A stretch of DNA of 64,000 nucleotides from an uncultured Chloroflexia bacterium (GTDB lineage Bacteria; Chloroflexota; Anaerolineae; JAAYZQ01). Within the stretch, counting starts at the first letter, position 1, and every line of letters starts with the position of its first letter. Below the pieces are notes generated by a model. That model did no database searches. It was not told where the DNA came from and saw only the letters and a list, made by a program, of their open reading frames with translations. Location: the NCBI GenBank assembly GCA_963783445.1, contig CAWANP010000020.1, positions 651,973 through 715,972 on the forward strand. Reading direction: 5' to 3'. Shown here in pieces: positions 21,728-33,350 of the stretch. The translations under genes were made by a program, and so were the position numbers.

Positions 21728-22063
21728 ATGGAAGACAAACCTCAGTCTCGTCTAATTTCGCTTGGTGACGGAGCAGCCCAATATTCGCCCGTGTTGGAGG
21801 GACCTCCGGATAGCGTCGCCTTGCACTCAGGGGTGGTGACGCTTGCACCAGGCAGTTCGGTGGGAATGCACAGCACCAAGGGCTGGGAGGAATTGATCAC
21901 TGTCCTGGAAGGGCAGGGTGAGCTACTGATCGTCGGACAGGATCCTCTGGTCATTGAGCCTGGGGTTGCAGCATATTGTCCCCCGCAGACGGATCACAAC
22001 GTGGTGAATACTGGCTCAGGTACCCTGCGGTACATCTTTGTCGTGACCGAGGTGATGAGCTAG
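21728..22063 (+). CDS. Cupin domain protein
   Basis: Small beta-barrel motifs (MHSTKGWEELITVLEGQGELLI..., PPQTDHNVVNTGSGTLRYIF). Confidence 0.6.
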   Translation: MEDKPQSRLISLGDGAAQYSPVLEGPPDSVALHSGVVTLAPGSSVGMHSTKGWEELITVLEGQGELLIVGQDPLVIEPGVAAYCPPQTDHNVVNTGSGTLRYIFVVTEVMS

Positions 22064-22157
22064 TCGGTCGGGCTATGGATGCCACCATTCCAGGCGCACA
22101 AGGTCCTCATCGGGCTGAAAGCCAGGATGTCCCCAGGCGCCAGGCTGGAGAAATGCG

Positions 22158-22793
22158 ATGAAGTCAGAGAGAATGGATCCACCTATCCGCGTCGTTGGCA
22201 TCTGCGGCAGTCTGAGGGAAGCCAGCTACACGCGTCTGGCGCTTCGGGTCGCCCTGCAGGGTGCGGAAGAGGTGGGAGCCCAGACCCATCTGGTCGATCT
22301 GCGCGACTATGACCTTGCTCTTTGCGATGGGCGTAGGGATGAGAACACCTACCCGGATGGGGTGCTCCAGATGCGCCAGAACGTGGCTGAGGCGCACGGC
22401 ATCCTTCTGGGGACGCCCGTCTACCATGGCGGCTTTAGCGGCGTGTTAAAGAACGCGTTGGACCTCATGGGCTTTCGAGAATTTGAGGGCAAGATGATCG
22501 GCCTCGTCGGAGTCTCTGGCGGACGGACAGGGGCGGTGCATGCGCTCAACACCCTCCGTTCCATTGGCCGGGCGCTCCATGCCTGGGTGATCCCGGAGGA
22601 GGTCTCGATCCCCGAAGCCTGGAATGCCTTTGATGTCGCAGGACGTCCCAAGGATCCAGAATTGGAGCAGCGTCTGAACGATCTGGGGCGGCAGGTGACC
22701 CGATTTTCCCTCCTGCATACCTCCGATCAGGTGCGAGAATTTCTCAGGATGTGGGAAAGTGCGCCAGCAAACCCTGGCGCGGCGGATCAATAG
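22158..22793 (+). CDS. NAD(P)H-dependent FMN reductase
   Basis: IRVVGICGSLREASYTRLAL ... LLGTPVYHGGFSGVLKNALD. Confidence 0.75.
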   Translation: MKSERMDPPIRVVGICGSLREASYTRLALRVALQGAEEVGAQTHLVDLRDYDLALCDGRRDENTYPDGVLQMRQNVAEAHGILLGTPVYHGGFSGVLKNALDLMGFREFEGKMIGLVGVSGGRTGAVHALNTLRSIGRALHAWVIPEEVSIPEAWNAFDVAGRPKDPELEQRLNDLGRQVTRFSLLHTSDQVREFLRMWESAPANPGAADQ

Positions 22794-23091
22794 CCGAACA
22801 GTGCTGGTGGCCGAGGGCGAAGAGCGGCCATCTAGCTTGCACCGATGTTGACTGAGGCCCTCCCCCTCAAGAAGCTGGCGTGGTGGCCTGTCGGGTATGG
22901 ATCTTTCTGACAATGGCTGTCAAGTGGTTGTCTTAAAGATGGCCCGTGGGCGTCAAGTTGCGACCGGCCTTCTACAGTAGAGTGGTAATCAGACAGGCGC
23001 CGAACCGGCTTTCAGGCCGGGCGTCTGCTGCTGTATGTGGGGGTCAGCCCGGTCGACTCAGCGCCGTTGTGTCTTTCAAGGAGGTATTTGC

Positions 23092-24513
23092 ATGCTTACC
23101 CGAATATCAGTGATGCTCGTCTTGCTCCTGCTATCGCTGTCGCTTGTAGCTTGCGACTCTGGTGGTTCGTCAGACAGTTCTGACCCGATGGACGCCGTGC
23201 CAACCGTCGAAAAAGTTAACGTTGTTTCAGCGACGGGTGAGGTACGCCCGGCCCGGTGGGCGAACCTGAGCTTCCCCATGGGGGGCACGGTGACCACCAT
23301 GTACGCGGAGGAAGGGCAGGACGTAGAGGCCGGAGAACTGCTCGCCGAGCTTGACGCCATCCAGTTGGAAAGGGCAGTCGCCGAAGCGGAAGCAGCCCTT
23401 TCTTCCGCGGAGGCCAGCCTGGCTCAAGTCAAGGCGGAGGCCCACCCGCAGGACGTGGCGTCGGCAGAGCAGGCCGTGGCCGCCGCTCAATCGAATGGGG
23501 CGGTAGCTCAGGCGCAGATCGAGGCCGCTGAGGCGGGGCTGGGCCAGGCACGTTCGGCGGTGGCTGCCGTTCAGGATGCTGTAGCGGTTGCCCAGGCCCA
23601 GGTGACCATCGCCGAGGCCGGCGTCAAGATCGCAGAGGCTGAACTACTGCGTTCCCAGGCTGGCGCCCGTGCGGAGGAGTTGGCCAGCGCCCTCGCCGGT
23701 TTGGAGCAGGCCCGCGCAGCCGTCCGCCTGGCCCAGGCGCAGTACGACCGCTCAGACAGGTCCAGTGACACACCCCAGGCGCTGGCCCTGGAGCTGGCGA
23801 CCCTCGACCTGGAACGGGTGCAGGCAGAGTACGATCGGCTGGCCGCTGGCCCTCGCCAAACGGACCTGGCGCCGGCACGAGCTGCCATCGAGAACGCCCG
23901 GGCCCAGAAGGCCTTGAGTCAAGTCCAGGTTACCCAGGCCGAGACGCAGGTGGCCCAGGCCGAGAGCCAGGTCGTACAGGCCGGTGCAGCCGTGAGCCAG
24001 GCTCAGGCGGGGTTGGAAGCCGCAAAAGCCCAGACTGCCCAGTCCCAGGCGGCGCTGGACCGGCTGCTGGCTGGCCCCACGGCTGAGCAGGTGGCTGTGG
24101 CGGAGGCCGCTGTGGCTCAGGGGCGCGAAACGGTCGCCACGGCCCAGGCCATGCTTGACCGGGCCAGGCTGACCGCACCCTTTGATGGAACCGTGGGCCT
24201 GGTATATGTCCGCGAGGGGGAGGAGGTACTCCCGGGCCAGACCGTGATGGTGTTGGGTGACCTGGCCGATCTGCGGGTGGAGACGACGGACTTGGATGAG
24301 ATCGACGTGGCTGTGGTTCGGCCTGGCCAACCCGTCGACCTGACCTTTGATGCTCTGCCTGAGAAGGTTCTGCCGGGCCGCGTCGCTCGCATCGCATCCA
24401 TGGCCACACCGGGCCAGGGCGCCACTACCTACGCCGTGATCATCGAGTTCGAAGAAACCGATCCTGCCCTGCGCTGGGGCATGACGGCATTCGTGGATAT
24501 CGAGACGGAATAA
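23092..24513 (+). CDS. HlyD/MacA-type periplasmic adaptor (membrane fusion) lipoprotein
   Basis: RBS AAGGAGGT. Lipobox LVACDSGG, a long Ala/Gln coiled coil and a C-terminal beta-barrel (LTAPFDGTVGLVYVREGEEV). Confidence 0.8.
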   Translation: MLTRISVMLVLLLLSLSLVACDSGGSSDSSDPMDAVPTVEKVNVVSATGEVRPARWANLSFPMGGTVTTMYAEEGQDVEAGELLAELDAIQLERAVAEAEAALSSAEASLAQVKAEAHPQDVASAEQAVAAAQSNGAVAQAQIEAAEAGLGQARSAVAAVQDAVAVAQAQVTIAEAGVKIAEAELLRSQAGARAEELASALAGLEQARAAVRLAQAQYDRSDRSSDTPQALALELATLDLERVQAEYDRLAAGPRQTDLAPARAAIENARAQKALSQVQVTQAETQVAQAESQVVQAGAAVSQAQAGLEAAKAQTAQSQAALDRLLAGPTAEQVAVAEAAVAQGRETVATAQAMLDRARLTAPFDGTVGLVYVREGEEVLPGQTVMVLGDLADLRVETTDLDEIDVAVVRPGQPVDLTFDALPEKVLPGRVARIASMATPGQGATTYAVIIEFEETDPALRWGMTAFVDIETE

Positions 24514-24602
24514 GCTGCCGAGTTGGTCAAATGAGTCTGAAGGGGTCTGTGGGGCCGACCTGTTGGTCCTCTCGGTCTCCTGATGCCTCTTCGGAGTGAT
24601 AC

Positions 24603-26845
24603 ATGATCTGGAAGAATCTCTTCCGCCGCAAAGGACGCACACTGCTGACGCTCTTTGGCATAGCCATCGGTGTCTCGGCCATCATTGCTTTAGGGGCAAT
24701 GGCAGCCGGGATGCGCGCGGGCTATGACGCCATGGCCACAGGCAGCGATGCCGACCTGGTGCTCACCCAGGAAAGCGCTATGGATATTACCATGGGCGGA
24801 CTGGAGGAATCGGTCGGCGAGCTGCTGCTGGGCTGGCCTGAGGTCGTAGAGGTCGATGGCGCGCTGGTAGGCAACGTCCAGGCTGAGGATTCGCCCTATT
24901 TCTACATCTATGGCTACGACCCCGAGGGTTTCGCCATCACCCATTTCCGTATCGTTGAGGGTCAGGCGTTGGACGAAGCGCGGCGGGTTCGGGGCAAGCC
25001 CATTCTGCTCGGCCGGACTGCGGCGGATAGCCTGGACAAGGGGGTAGGCGAGACCCTGCGCATCACGGGTGGGGCTTTTCGCATCGTTGGCATCTATGAA
25101 ACCGGTTCCGCCTTTGAGGATGGTGGGGCAGTCATGGCGCTGGATGAGGCTCAGTCCTTGCTACTGCAGCCGCGCCGTGTTTCCATGTACTACCTCCGCC
25201 TGCGGAGCCCCGAGGAAGAAGCCCGTCTGCGAACCAGGATAGATCGCTACCTCGACGACGTGACCCTGTCCACCACGTCCGAGTTCGCCGACCGTCAGCA
25301 GATGGTCGCGTATATGGAGGGTTTTGCCTGGGGGATCTCGGGTCTGGCCATTCTCATCGGCGGCTTGGTGATGACCAACACCCTGTTCATGTCAGCCTTT
25401 GAGCGCACGCGGGAGATCGGCTTGCTGCGGGCCCTCGGCTGGCGCAGGGGCCAGGTCATGCGCCTCATCCTGGGTGAATCCTTGGTGCTCTCCCTCCTGG
25501 GCGGCCTTGTCGGCATCGCCCTGGGAGTCGGGCTGGTCAGTCTCATCAGTGGCAGCGGCGGGCTTGGCTTCTTGAGTATGGCTGGCACCCACTTTACGCC
25601 CGACCTCTTTGTCCGGGCCCTGATCGTCGTGGTGATCCTGGGCCTGGTAGGCGGGGCCTACCCGGCCTGGTGGGCCAGTCGCCTGCTGCCGCTGGAGGCG
25701 CTGAACTATGAGGGCGGTGGTGGCTCGGATCCGCCTCGCTTCCTGCCGGGTGGACTCACGCTGCGTAATCTCTGGCGGCGGCGGACCCGTACCCTCCTGA
25801 CCGTACTCGGAATCGCCGTAGGTATTGCGGCCATCGTCGGCCTGAGGGGGTTGATGGCGGGCTTTGGAGAGGGCTATACGGCCATCGCCATGGGGAGTGA
25901 AATGGACCTCATGGCTCTGGAGGCGGACGTCTCTGACATGGGCTATAGCACCATCGATGAACGGGTGGGCGCGCGCCTGGCCGCGCTGCCTGACGTGGCG
26001 GGGGTCTCTGGCACAGGCTTTGCCTTCTCCAGTACGGAAGAGATGGCCTTTTTCATCCTGTGGGGCTACAATCCCCGTGAGTTTGGCATCGATCATTTCA
26101 AAATCGTGGAAGGGGAGCCGCTGGCCACCAACCGGCAGATGCTCCTGGGCCATCAGGCCGCTGAAACGCTGGGCAAGGGGGTGGGCGACACGATCCGCGT
26201 GCTGGGCAGCTCGTTCCGGGTTGTGGGTATCTTTGAGACAGGGGTAGCCTGGGAGGAGGTCGGGGGGTGATCACCCTCCGCGACGCCCAGAGGCTGGCCG
26301 GCAGGCCGCACCAGGTCACCATGTACGGAATCAAGCTCCGCGACCCCGGCAAGGTAGAGGAAGTCAAAGCCTACCTGGACGCCAATTTCCCCGAGATCGA
26401 CGTCTCCCTCAGCTCCGAGTTTACTGAGGCCATACCAGACCTCCAGGCATCGCAGCAGATGATTGGCCAGATCGCGTTCCTGGCTGTGCTAATCGGCGGC
26501 GTCGGAATGCTAAACACCATGCTGATGAGTGTCCTGGAGCGGACGCGCGAAATCGGCGTGCTGCGAGCCTTGGGTTGGCGGCGGCGCCAGGTGGTGGGCA
26601 TGACCTTGCGCGAAGCGCTGGTCCTGGGCTTGATTGGCGGCATTACGGGCATTCTCCTGGGCCTGGGTTTTGCCTGGGCAATCATGCAGATTCCGGCTAT
26701 TAAGGGGATGATGGAGCCGAGCTATACGCTCGATCTTTTCTTGCTGGCACTGGTAGTAGGCCTGATGACAGGTGTGCTGGGCGGGCTTTATCCTGCCTGG
26801 CGGGCGACGCGCATGCAGCCGGTTGAGGCGCTGAGGTACGAATAG
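24603..26845 (+). CDS. Fused tandem FtsX-family ABC permease (two MacB-like TM1–periplasmic–3TM modules), one frameshift
   Basis: Module 1 (24603-~25720) ends PLEALNYE and is joined by a GGGGS linker to module 2, which ends VEALRYE*. Both carry the FERTREIG[LV]LRALGWRR motif. Frameshift at ~26265. Confidence 0.75.
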
Positions 26846-26871
26846 GATAGTCCGTGGGAGAATTGTGATAC

Positions 26872-27717
<846 letters not shown>

Positions 27718-27744
27718 GTTCGCAAAAGAACCAATCCAAGTCGC

Positions 27745-28005
27745 CTATTCTGCTTCGCCTTCGAAGAACATACCCAATTGCTGCTGGTCGTTGACCACTG
27801 CCAACTTTCGTACCTGTAGCTCGGCATCGTCCAGAGAGTCGCCGCAACGTCGAGCCAGGGCCATACCCCACTCGTAGAGGGCGATGGCCTCCTCCAGTGT
27901 CAGTTCCCCCTCTTCAAGGCGCTGAACAGTCTCTTCCAGTTCGCCGAACGCTTTTTCAAAGGATAGGTCCTCTACCGAAATGGGGCTCTTTGCTTCGCTC
28001 GTCAT
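27745..28005 (-). CDS. xseB: Exodeoxyribonuclease VII small subunit
   Basis: 86 aa, LSFEKAFGELEETVQRLEEGELTLEEAIALYEWG. Its stop overlaps the xseA stop region. Confidence 0.8.
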   Translation of the reverse strand: MTSEAKSPISVEDLSFEKAFGELEETVQRLEEGELTLEEAIALYEWGMALARRCGDSLDDAELQVRKLAVVNDQQQLGMFFEGEAE

Positions 28006-29228
28006 GTTTCGCTCCTCGTCACGGCCTCGAATTCCCCGTCCTGCACGCGGATCCCTAACGGGTCCTCGCTGGTCACCTGGTCCACGCTGCGTACCACCGT
28101 ACCCGTATCCAGCAGCCGGACGACCGCATAGCCTCGCTCCAAAGTAGAGAGCGGACTCAGGCTTCCCAGTCGTGCCTGGAGCCCTACCAACCTGGAGCGG
28201 CGCAGTGCCAGGGTACTTGTCAGGGCGCGGTTGGCACGGTGTGTGAGGTCGTCTACCTGCTGGCGATAGGCTCCCAATCGAGTCTGAGGGGAGAGGCGCT
28301 GCAATTCCCTCTGCCGCTGATCCAGTGCCTGTCGTGCCTGGTCCAATCTTTGCCCCATGGCCCCTTCCAGCCGGGTCGCCCCGGCCAGGATCATCTGCCG
28401 GAGGTCTGCCTGGTCGGGGACGGCCAGCTCTGCAGCAATGGAGGGCGTGGGCGCCCGCAGATCGGCCACGAAATCGGCGATGCTAGAATCGGTCTCGTGG
28501 CCTACGCCGCTGACCACCGGGTGGCGGCAGGCAGCGATGGCCCTTGCCACACGCTCGTCGTTGAAGGCCCACAGGTCCTCCAGAGATCCGCCGCCACGGA
28601 CAAGCAGAATCAGGTCCACGTCGTCCCGGCCATCCAAAATCTGTAGCGCGGCGACAATCTGGTCTGGGGCCTGATCGCCCTGGACCAACGTGGGAACCAA
28701 TAGCACTTGCACCAGCGGGTAGCGACGGCGCAGTACGTTGAGGACATCCTGCAGGGCAGCTGCCTGCGACGAGGTAACGATGCCCAGCACCTGGGGGAAC
28801 TCGGGAAGAGGGCATTTGTGTTGGTCGTCGAATAGCCCTTCTTCCTTGAGCTGGTCGCGCAGTTGCTCATAGCGGGCGTGCAGATCACCCCGGCCGGCGG
28901 GGCGCAACTGGTCCACGTAGAGTTGGTAACTGCCCCGGACAGCATAAACAGAGATATACCCATGGGCCAATACCGCATCGCCCTGCTTGGGCTTCCAGGT
29001 CAAGCGTCCCGCCGCCGAGCGCCACATCACACAGCTAAGCGCCGCATCTGCGTCCTTGAGGGTGAAATAGAGATGCCCCGAGGGATACTGCCTGTGATTC
29101 GATATCTCACCGCTCAGCCAGATGTCTTGCAGCAGATCGTCTGATTCAAGCAGTCCTGTGATGTGCCGGGTCAGCGAGGATACCGTCCAAGTCTGGGTAC
29201 TGGAGAATCCGTATTGGATATGGGTCAT
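28002..29228 (-). CDS. xseA: Exodeoxyribonuclease VII large subunit
   Basis: 408 aa with an OB-fold N-terminus, a catalytic core (GIVTSSQAAALQDVLNVLRRRYP) and a C-terminal coiled coil. Confidence 0.8.
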   Translation of the reverse strand: MTHIQYGFSSTQTWTVSSLTRHITGLLESDDLLQDIWLSGEISNHRQYPSGHLYFTLKDADAALSCVMWRSAAGRLTWKPKQGDAVLAHGYISVYAVRGSYQLYVDQLRPAGRGDLHARYEQLRDQLKEEGLFDDQHKCPLPEFPQVLGIVTSSQAAALQDVLNVLRRRYPLVQVLLVPTLVQGDQAPDQIVAALQILDGRDDVDLILLVRGGGSLEDLWAFNDERVARAIAACRHPVVSGVGHETDSSIADFVADLRAPTPSIAAELAVPDQADLRQMILAGATRLEGAMGQRLDQARQALDQRQRELQRLSPQTRLGAYRQQVDDLTHRANRALTSTLALRRSRLVGLQARLGSLSPLSTLERGYAVVRLLDTGTVVRSVDQVTSEDPLGIRVQDGEFEAVTRSET

Positions 29229-30199
29229 TCTTCGTCCGTTGTCCGCCCGTCGTCCTGCGTCTCTGTGACGCTGCGGACGATGGCTTCTGCCACGACTTCG
29301 GCGGCGTAGGCGCCAATCAGATTCACATCGCCTCGTTTCTGACCGCTGGTCAGGGCAAACAAAGTGTCGCCGTCCAGCATCGTATGCGCCGGTCGCACAG
29401 TTTTCGCCAACCCATTGTGGGCCATCTGGGCCACCTTGTTCACTTCCTCCTTGGTCAGGCGCGCGTTCGTGGCCACCACTCCAACGACGGTCTGACCTCG
29501 AGCAGCAAAACGTAAAACGGCCTTGCCCATCATGCCTTTCATCGTCGCCAGCGTGTCCGCAAAGCCCTCACCTCTCAGTGCCCTCGCCCCAGCAAGGATT
29601 TCTCCGTTCCGAGGATCGATGACATCACCAAAGGCATTCACCGCCACGATGGCTCCTACGACGAGCCCCCGGCCCAAGTCTATGCTGGCTGTGCCGATGC
29701 CTGATTTGGTCGAACGTGCCGCACCCAGGATTGCACCTACCCTGCAGCCAGTCCCAACGCCGACACTGCCCTCAAGCACCGGGCCTTCGCCCGCCGCCTC
29801 CGAGGCGGCGTAGCCCATCGCTGCATCGGGCCGGACGTCGGCGCGGCCAAGACTCAGATCAAAGATGACGGCAGCCGGGACAATGGGCACCTTGGCCACG
29901 CCAGTGTCGTAACCAATCCCCTGCTCCTCCAACCAGCGGACCACGCCACCGGCTGCATCCAGGCCGAAAGCACTGCCCCCGCTCAGCAGTACGGCGTGGA
30001 CCCGCTGCACCATGTGCATGGGCCGCAGCAGATCAGTCTCTCGGGTCCCGGGCGCCCCACCTCGCTGGTCTACCCCACCCACGGCCCCCTGCGGCGGGCA
30101 TAGGACCACCGTGCAGCCGGTCATCGCCTCTGCGTTGGTGGCGTGCCCTACGCGGATGCCGGGAACGTCGGTGATGGCGTTGTGCCAGGTCCTGGTCAT
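29225..30199 (-). CDS. P1/S58 family peptidase (DmpA/L-aminopeptidase-like)
   Basis: GIRVGHATNAEAMTGCTVVLCP ... GTASIDL ... VATNARLTKEE. Confidence 0.7.
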   Translation of the reverse strand: MTRTWHNAITDVPGIRVGHATNAEAMTGCTVVLCPPQGAVGGVDQRGGAPGTRETDLLRPMHMVQRVHAVLLSGGSAFGLDAAGGVVRWLEEQGIGYDTGVAKVPIVPAAVIFDLSLGRADVRPDAAMGYAASEAAGEGPVLEGSVGVGTGCRVGAILGAARSTKSGIGTASIDLGRGLVVGAIVAVNAFGDVIDPRNGEILAGARALRGEGFADTLATMKGMMGKAVLRFAARGQTVVGVVATNARLTKEEVNKVAQMAHNGLAKTVRPAHTMLDGDTLFALTSGQKRGDVNLIGAYAAEVVAEAIVRSVTETQDDGRTTDEE

Positions 30200-30272
30200 G
30201 AAAGTCTCCGTGATGCGTGTTGCGTCATACGTGATGCGTGATACGAGTTTCGTATGGTCTATCGTCGGGCGC

Positions 30273-30857
30273 TCAAGACATCTGGATGCCGCTATCTTGC
30301 AGATACTGCGTCACGTCCTGAGAATCTGACATGCCCTCGTCGATGAAGGCTTTGCAGATGAAATACCCGCTGTACATCGGCGTTCGGCCTGCATCAGTCA
30401 GGATCGAGTGCTTATAGCGAAGAATCTGCTCGCGCAGGTTATGGGTCATTCTCTCTTTGAAGCGCTGCATCTCTACCATCTTTGCTTCAATGACCGCATC
30501 CGTTATGAACCAGATGTCGATCTTCCAAGGACGTTCCCAGTCGCCATAGTCGATCCGGGCCTTCAAATACAAGCCGCCAGGCAGATCTGGGGTTCTGGAT
30601 TTTTGGAACACTACTTGGTAGACCAATGCAGAGCTGGCAAACTGGCTCCCGACGCTAAAAGCCTCTGCGATGGATGTCTGGGACAGGTAGACGTCGATGT
30701 CTGGGTACATCATCAGGTCGAGGAAGTAGCTCCCGGTGAACACGACCTGTCCATAGGGACTCAAGATATCGTACAGCCTGACCTCTTTCAGAACAGAGTC
30801 GGCTTCCTGTCGCAATCTGGATGCTCGCTTGATCGGGTCAGATCTGGGAAGGCTCAT
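30273..30857 (-). CDS. Nucleotidyltransferase-domain protein (hypothetical)
   Basis: Minimal NTase motif TGSYFLDLMMYPDIDVYL (GS...DhD). Confidence 0.4.
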   Translation of the reverse strand: MSLPRSDPIKRASRLRQEADSVLKEVRLYDILSPYGQVVFTGSYFLDLMMYPDIDVYLSQTSIAEAFSVGSQFASSALVYQVVFQKSRTPDLPGGLYLKARIDYGDWERPWKIDIWFITDAVIEAKMVEMQRFKERMTHNLREQILRYKHSILTDAGRTPMYSGYFICKAFIDEGMSDSQDVTQYLQDSGIQMS

Positions 30858-32084
30858 GGTACCAACGGGTTCCCGCCGAGCAGAATCACCACCTGGTCCA
30901 GGATCCGTTCCGCGACTCGGTCCTTGGACAGAACTGGCATCTCCTCAACCGTGCCGTCGGTCCGGAGGAGCGTAACCTGGTTCGTCGCCGCGCCCATGGC
31001 CTGCCGGGCATCGTTGGCCACAATGAGATCCAGGCGCTTGCGTTCAAGCTTGCTCTGGGCGTTCTCCAATAGGTTTTCCGTCTCGGCGGCAAAACCGACG
31101 ACCACCTGGTTGTCCTGGCGTATCTTGGCGACTTGGGCCAGGATGTCGGGCGTGCGGGCCAGCTCTATTGCCAGACCTTCTTCGCCCTTCTTGATCTTTT
31201 GGGCCGCTGCAGCCACGGGATGATAGTCGGCGACAGCAGCCGCCATTATCAGTACGTCAGCATTGTCCATGGTTTCCAGCACGGCATCACGCATCTGCCT
31301 GGCGGTCTCGACCGGAACCAACACCGCGCCAAAGGGAGCTACGCTGCCCGACTGTGCTGATCAGCGTTACTTGGGCGCCCAGGTCTCGCGCAGCCCGGGC
31401 CAGCGCGTAGCCCATCTGGCCTGAGGATCGGTTGCCCAGGAAGCGGATAGGGTCCAATGGCTCTCTCGTGCCCCCAGCAGTGACGATCACCCGCTTCCCG
31501 GCCAGCGCGCCCTGCCGGCCCAGTGCCCAGCAGGCTGCATCCAGAATTTCTTCTGGCTCAGCCATGCGCCCTATACCACTGGCTCCCGAGGCCAGCCTCC
31601 CTTCCCCAGGCCCGACGAGGGTCACGTCGCGCAGCCTTTGCAGGCGGGCCACGTTGTCCTGGGTCAGGGGGTTGCTCCACATGTGGCTTTCCATGGCGGG
31701 AGCCAGCAGGATGGGCGCCTCGGCGGCCAGCGCAGTGGTGGTCAGCATGTTGTCAGCCAATCCAGCAGCCAGCTTGGCGATGGTGTTGGCCGTGGCGGGG
31801 GCGATAACTAATATCGCAGCGCGCCTGGCCAGGCTGACGTGGCCGATGTCTGTCTCTGCCAGAAGGCTAAACATGTCGGTGACGACCGGGCGGTGGGTGA
31901 GGGCCTGGAAGGTCAAGGGGGTGACGAACTCGCGGGCGGCATCGGTGAGGATCACATCCACCTCCGCCCCCACCTTGACCAGGTGGCTGCACAGCGCCGC
32001 CGCCTTGTAGGCCGCAATCCCACCGGTGATGCCCAGAACGATCGATTTGCCTTTGAGGTTCATGGTTATTGTCGAGGGAGACAT
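30854..32084 (-). CDS. coaBC: Bifunctional phosphopantothenoylcysteine decarboxylase/phosphopantothenate–cysteine ligase (frameshifted)
   Basis: N-terminal flavoprotein (KSIVLGITGGIAAYKAAALCSHL) and C-terminal CoaB (GKRVIVTAGGTREPLDPIRFLGNRSSGQMG). Frameshift at ~31300-31330. Confidence 0.8.
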
Positions 32085-32130
32085 GGGGTTCGGAAACTGG
32101 GGACTGGAACAGACCGAATTCCCCGACCCC

Positions 32131-32901
32131 CTATCCCAGATTCATCTCCCAGATGAGGCGAAGCCCCTCGAGCGTCAGCCAGGGATCCACCGCATCGATC
32201 ACACCCGTCTCGGCAGCGATGAGCGGGGCCAGTCCACCGGTGGCGATGACTTTCATGGCCGGCCCCAGTTCGGCGCGGAAGCGAGCGACAATGCCTTCCA
32301 CCAGGCCAACATAGCCAAAGAGCAGCCCTGACTGCATCGACTGGACGGTATTCTTGCCGATGACGGCCGGCGGGCGGACCAGATCAATGCGGGGTAGCTT
32401 GGCCGTCCGTTGGAACAGCGCCTCGGCAGCAATACCAATACCAGGCGCGATGGCGCCACCCAGATAGTCTCCCTCGGCCGAGAGCGCATCGAAAGTGGTA
32501 GCGGTGCCAAAGTCTACCACGCAGGCCGGCGTGCCATAACGGTGGCAGGCGGCCACGGCATTGACCACCCGATCGGCTCCTACCTCGGCGGGGTTGTCAT
32601 AGCGGATGTGCACTCCCGCGTCTATCGAGTCGCCGACCACGAGAGCAGCCTGGCCAAAGTAACGGTGGGACAATTTCTCAAAGATGCCTGTCAGCGGGGG
32701 TACCACGCTGGCAACGATCACACCTTCAACGGATGCTGGATCCCGGTCCGAGCGCTCGAAGAGATTGAGGATCAGCATGGCGTATTCGTCGGCCATTTTC
32801 TGGTGGTCGGTGGCGATACGCCAGTGGGTCACCAGTTCTCTGTCTTGGTACAGGCCCATGAGTATGTTGGTGTTGCCGATGTCTATGCAAAAAAGCGCCA
32901 A
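32131..32901 (-). CDS. coaX: Type III pantothenate kinase
   Basis: MALFCIDIGNTNILMGLY ... IATGGLAP. Confidence 0.8.
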   Translation of the reverse strand: MALFCIDIGNTNILMGLYQDRELVTHWRIATDHQKMADEYAMLILNLFERSDRDPASVEGVIVASVVPPLTGIFEKLSHRYFGQAALVVGDSIDAGVHIRYDNPAEVGADRVVNAVAACHRYGTPACVVDFGTATTFDALSAEGDYLGGAIAPGIGIAAEALFQRTAKLPRIDLVRPPAVIGKNTVQSMQSGLLFGYVGLVEGIVARFRAELGPAMKVIATGGLAPLIAAETGVIDAVDPWLTLEGLRLIWEMNLG

Positions 32902-32976
32902 AGATCCTCCATACGAGGGGGCTGGCAGGCCCGTTGGCTCGCTGCCAGATCACAGATGCGTGGCCGGGCTTCTGGT

Positions 32977-33210
32977 TTAGGGTCCGGGAATGTTCAGCCC
33001 GCCCGTCAGCATGGGGAGCAACCAGGTAAGCAGGATCCAGATCACGAGTACGATGCCGATGATGATCCACATGCGGCGCATCGCTGACTGCGGATCCCTT
33101 TTTCGTTTCGGTTCCTCGGGCTTGGGCAGCGCTTGGTCGCAGCGCCAGCAGATGTCACGTTCCTCTGGGTTGTACACGCCGCAATTGGGACAATCCATCC
33201 GGGTCTCCAC
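32977..33210 (-). CDS. Small zinc-ribbon membrane protein (hypothetical)
   Basis: CPNCGVYNPEERDICWRCDQ followed by one TM (MWIIIGIVLVIWILLTWLL). Confidence 0.4.
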   Translation of the reverse strand: METRMDCPNCGVYNPEERDICWRCDQALPKPEEPKRKRDPQSAMRRMWIIIGIVLVIWILLTWLLPMLTGGLNIPGP

Positions 33211-33350
33211 CGTCCTTTGCGTGCATTATATACGAAAACCGCCCAAGTGTCCACCTGGGCGGTTGTCTGGTGAAAGGTATGGAAAGACCTGGCAGGGTTT
33301 CCAAACCCTGCCAGGTCTTTCTCGTACGCTCGTCAAAGTTAGGCCTGGAC

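Noticed and set aside
23752-24642. 296-aa minus-strand ORF and several Pro/Arg-rich ORFs inside the HlyD gene
   Set aside because: Antisense to the Ala/Gln coiled-coil coding region (GCN-rich), which leaves the complementary frames open.
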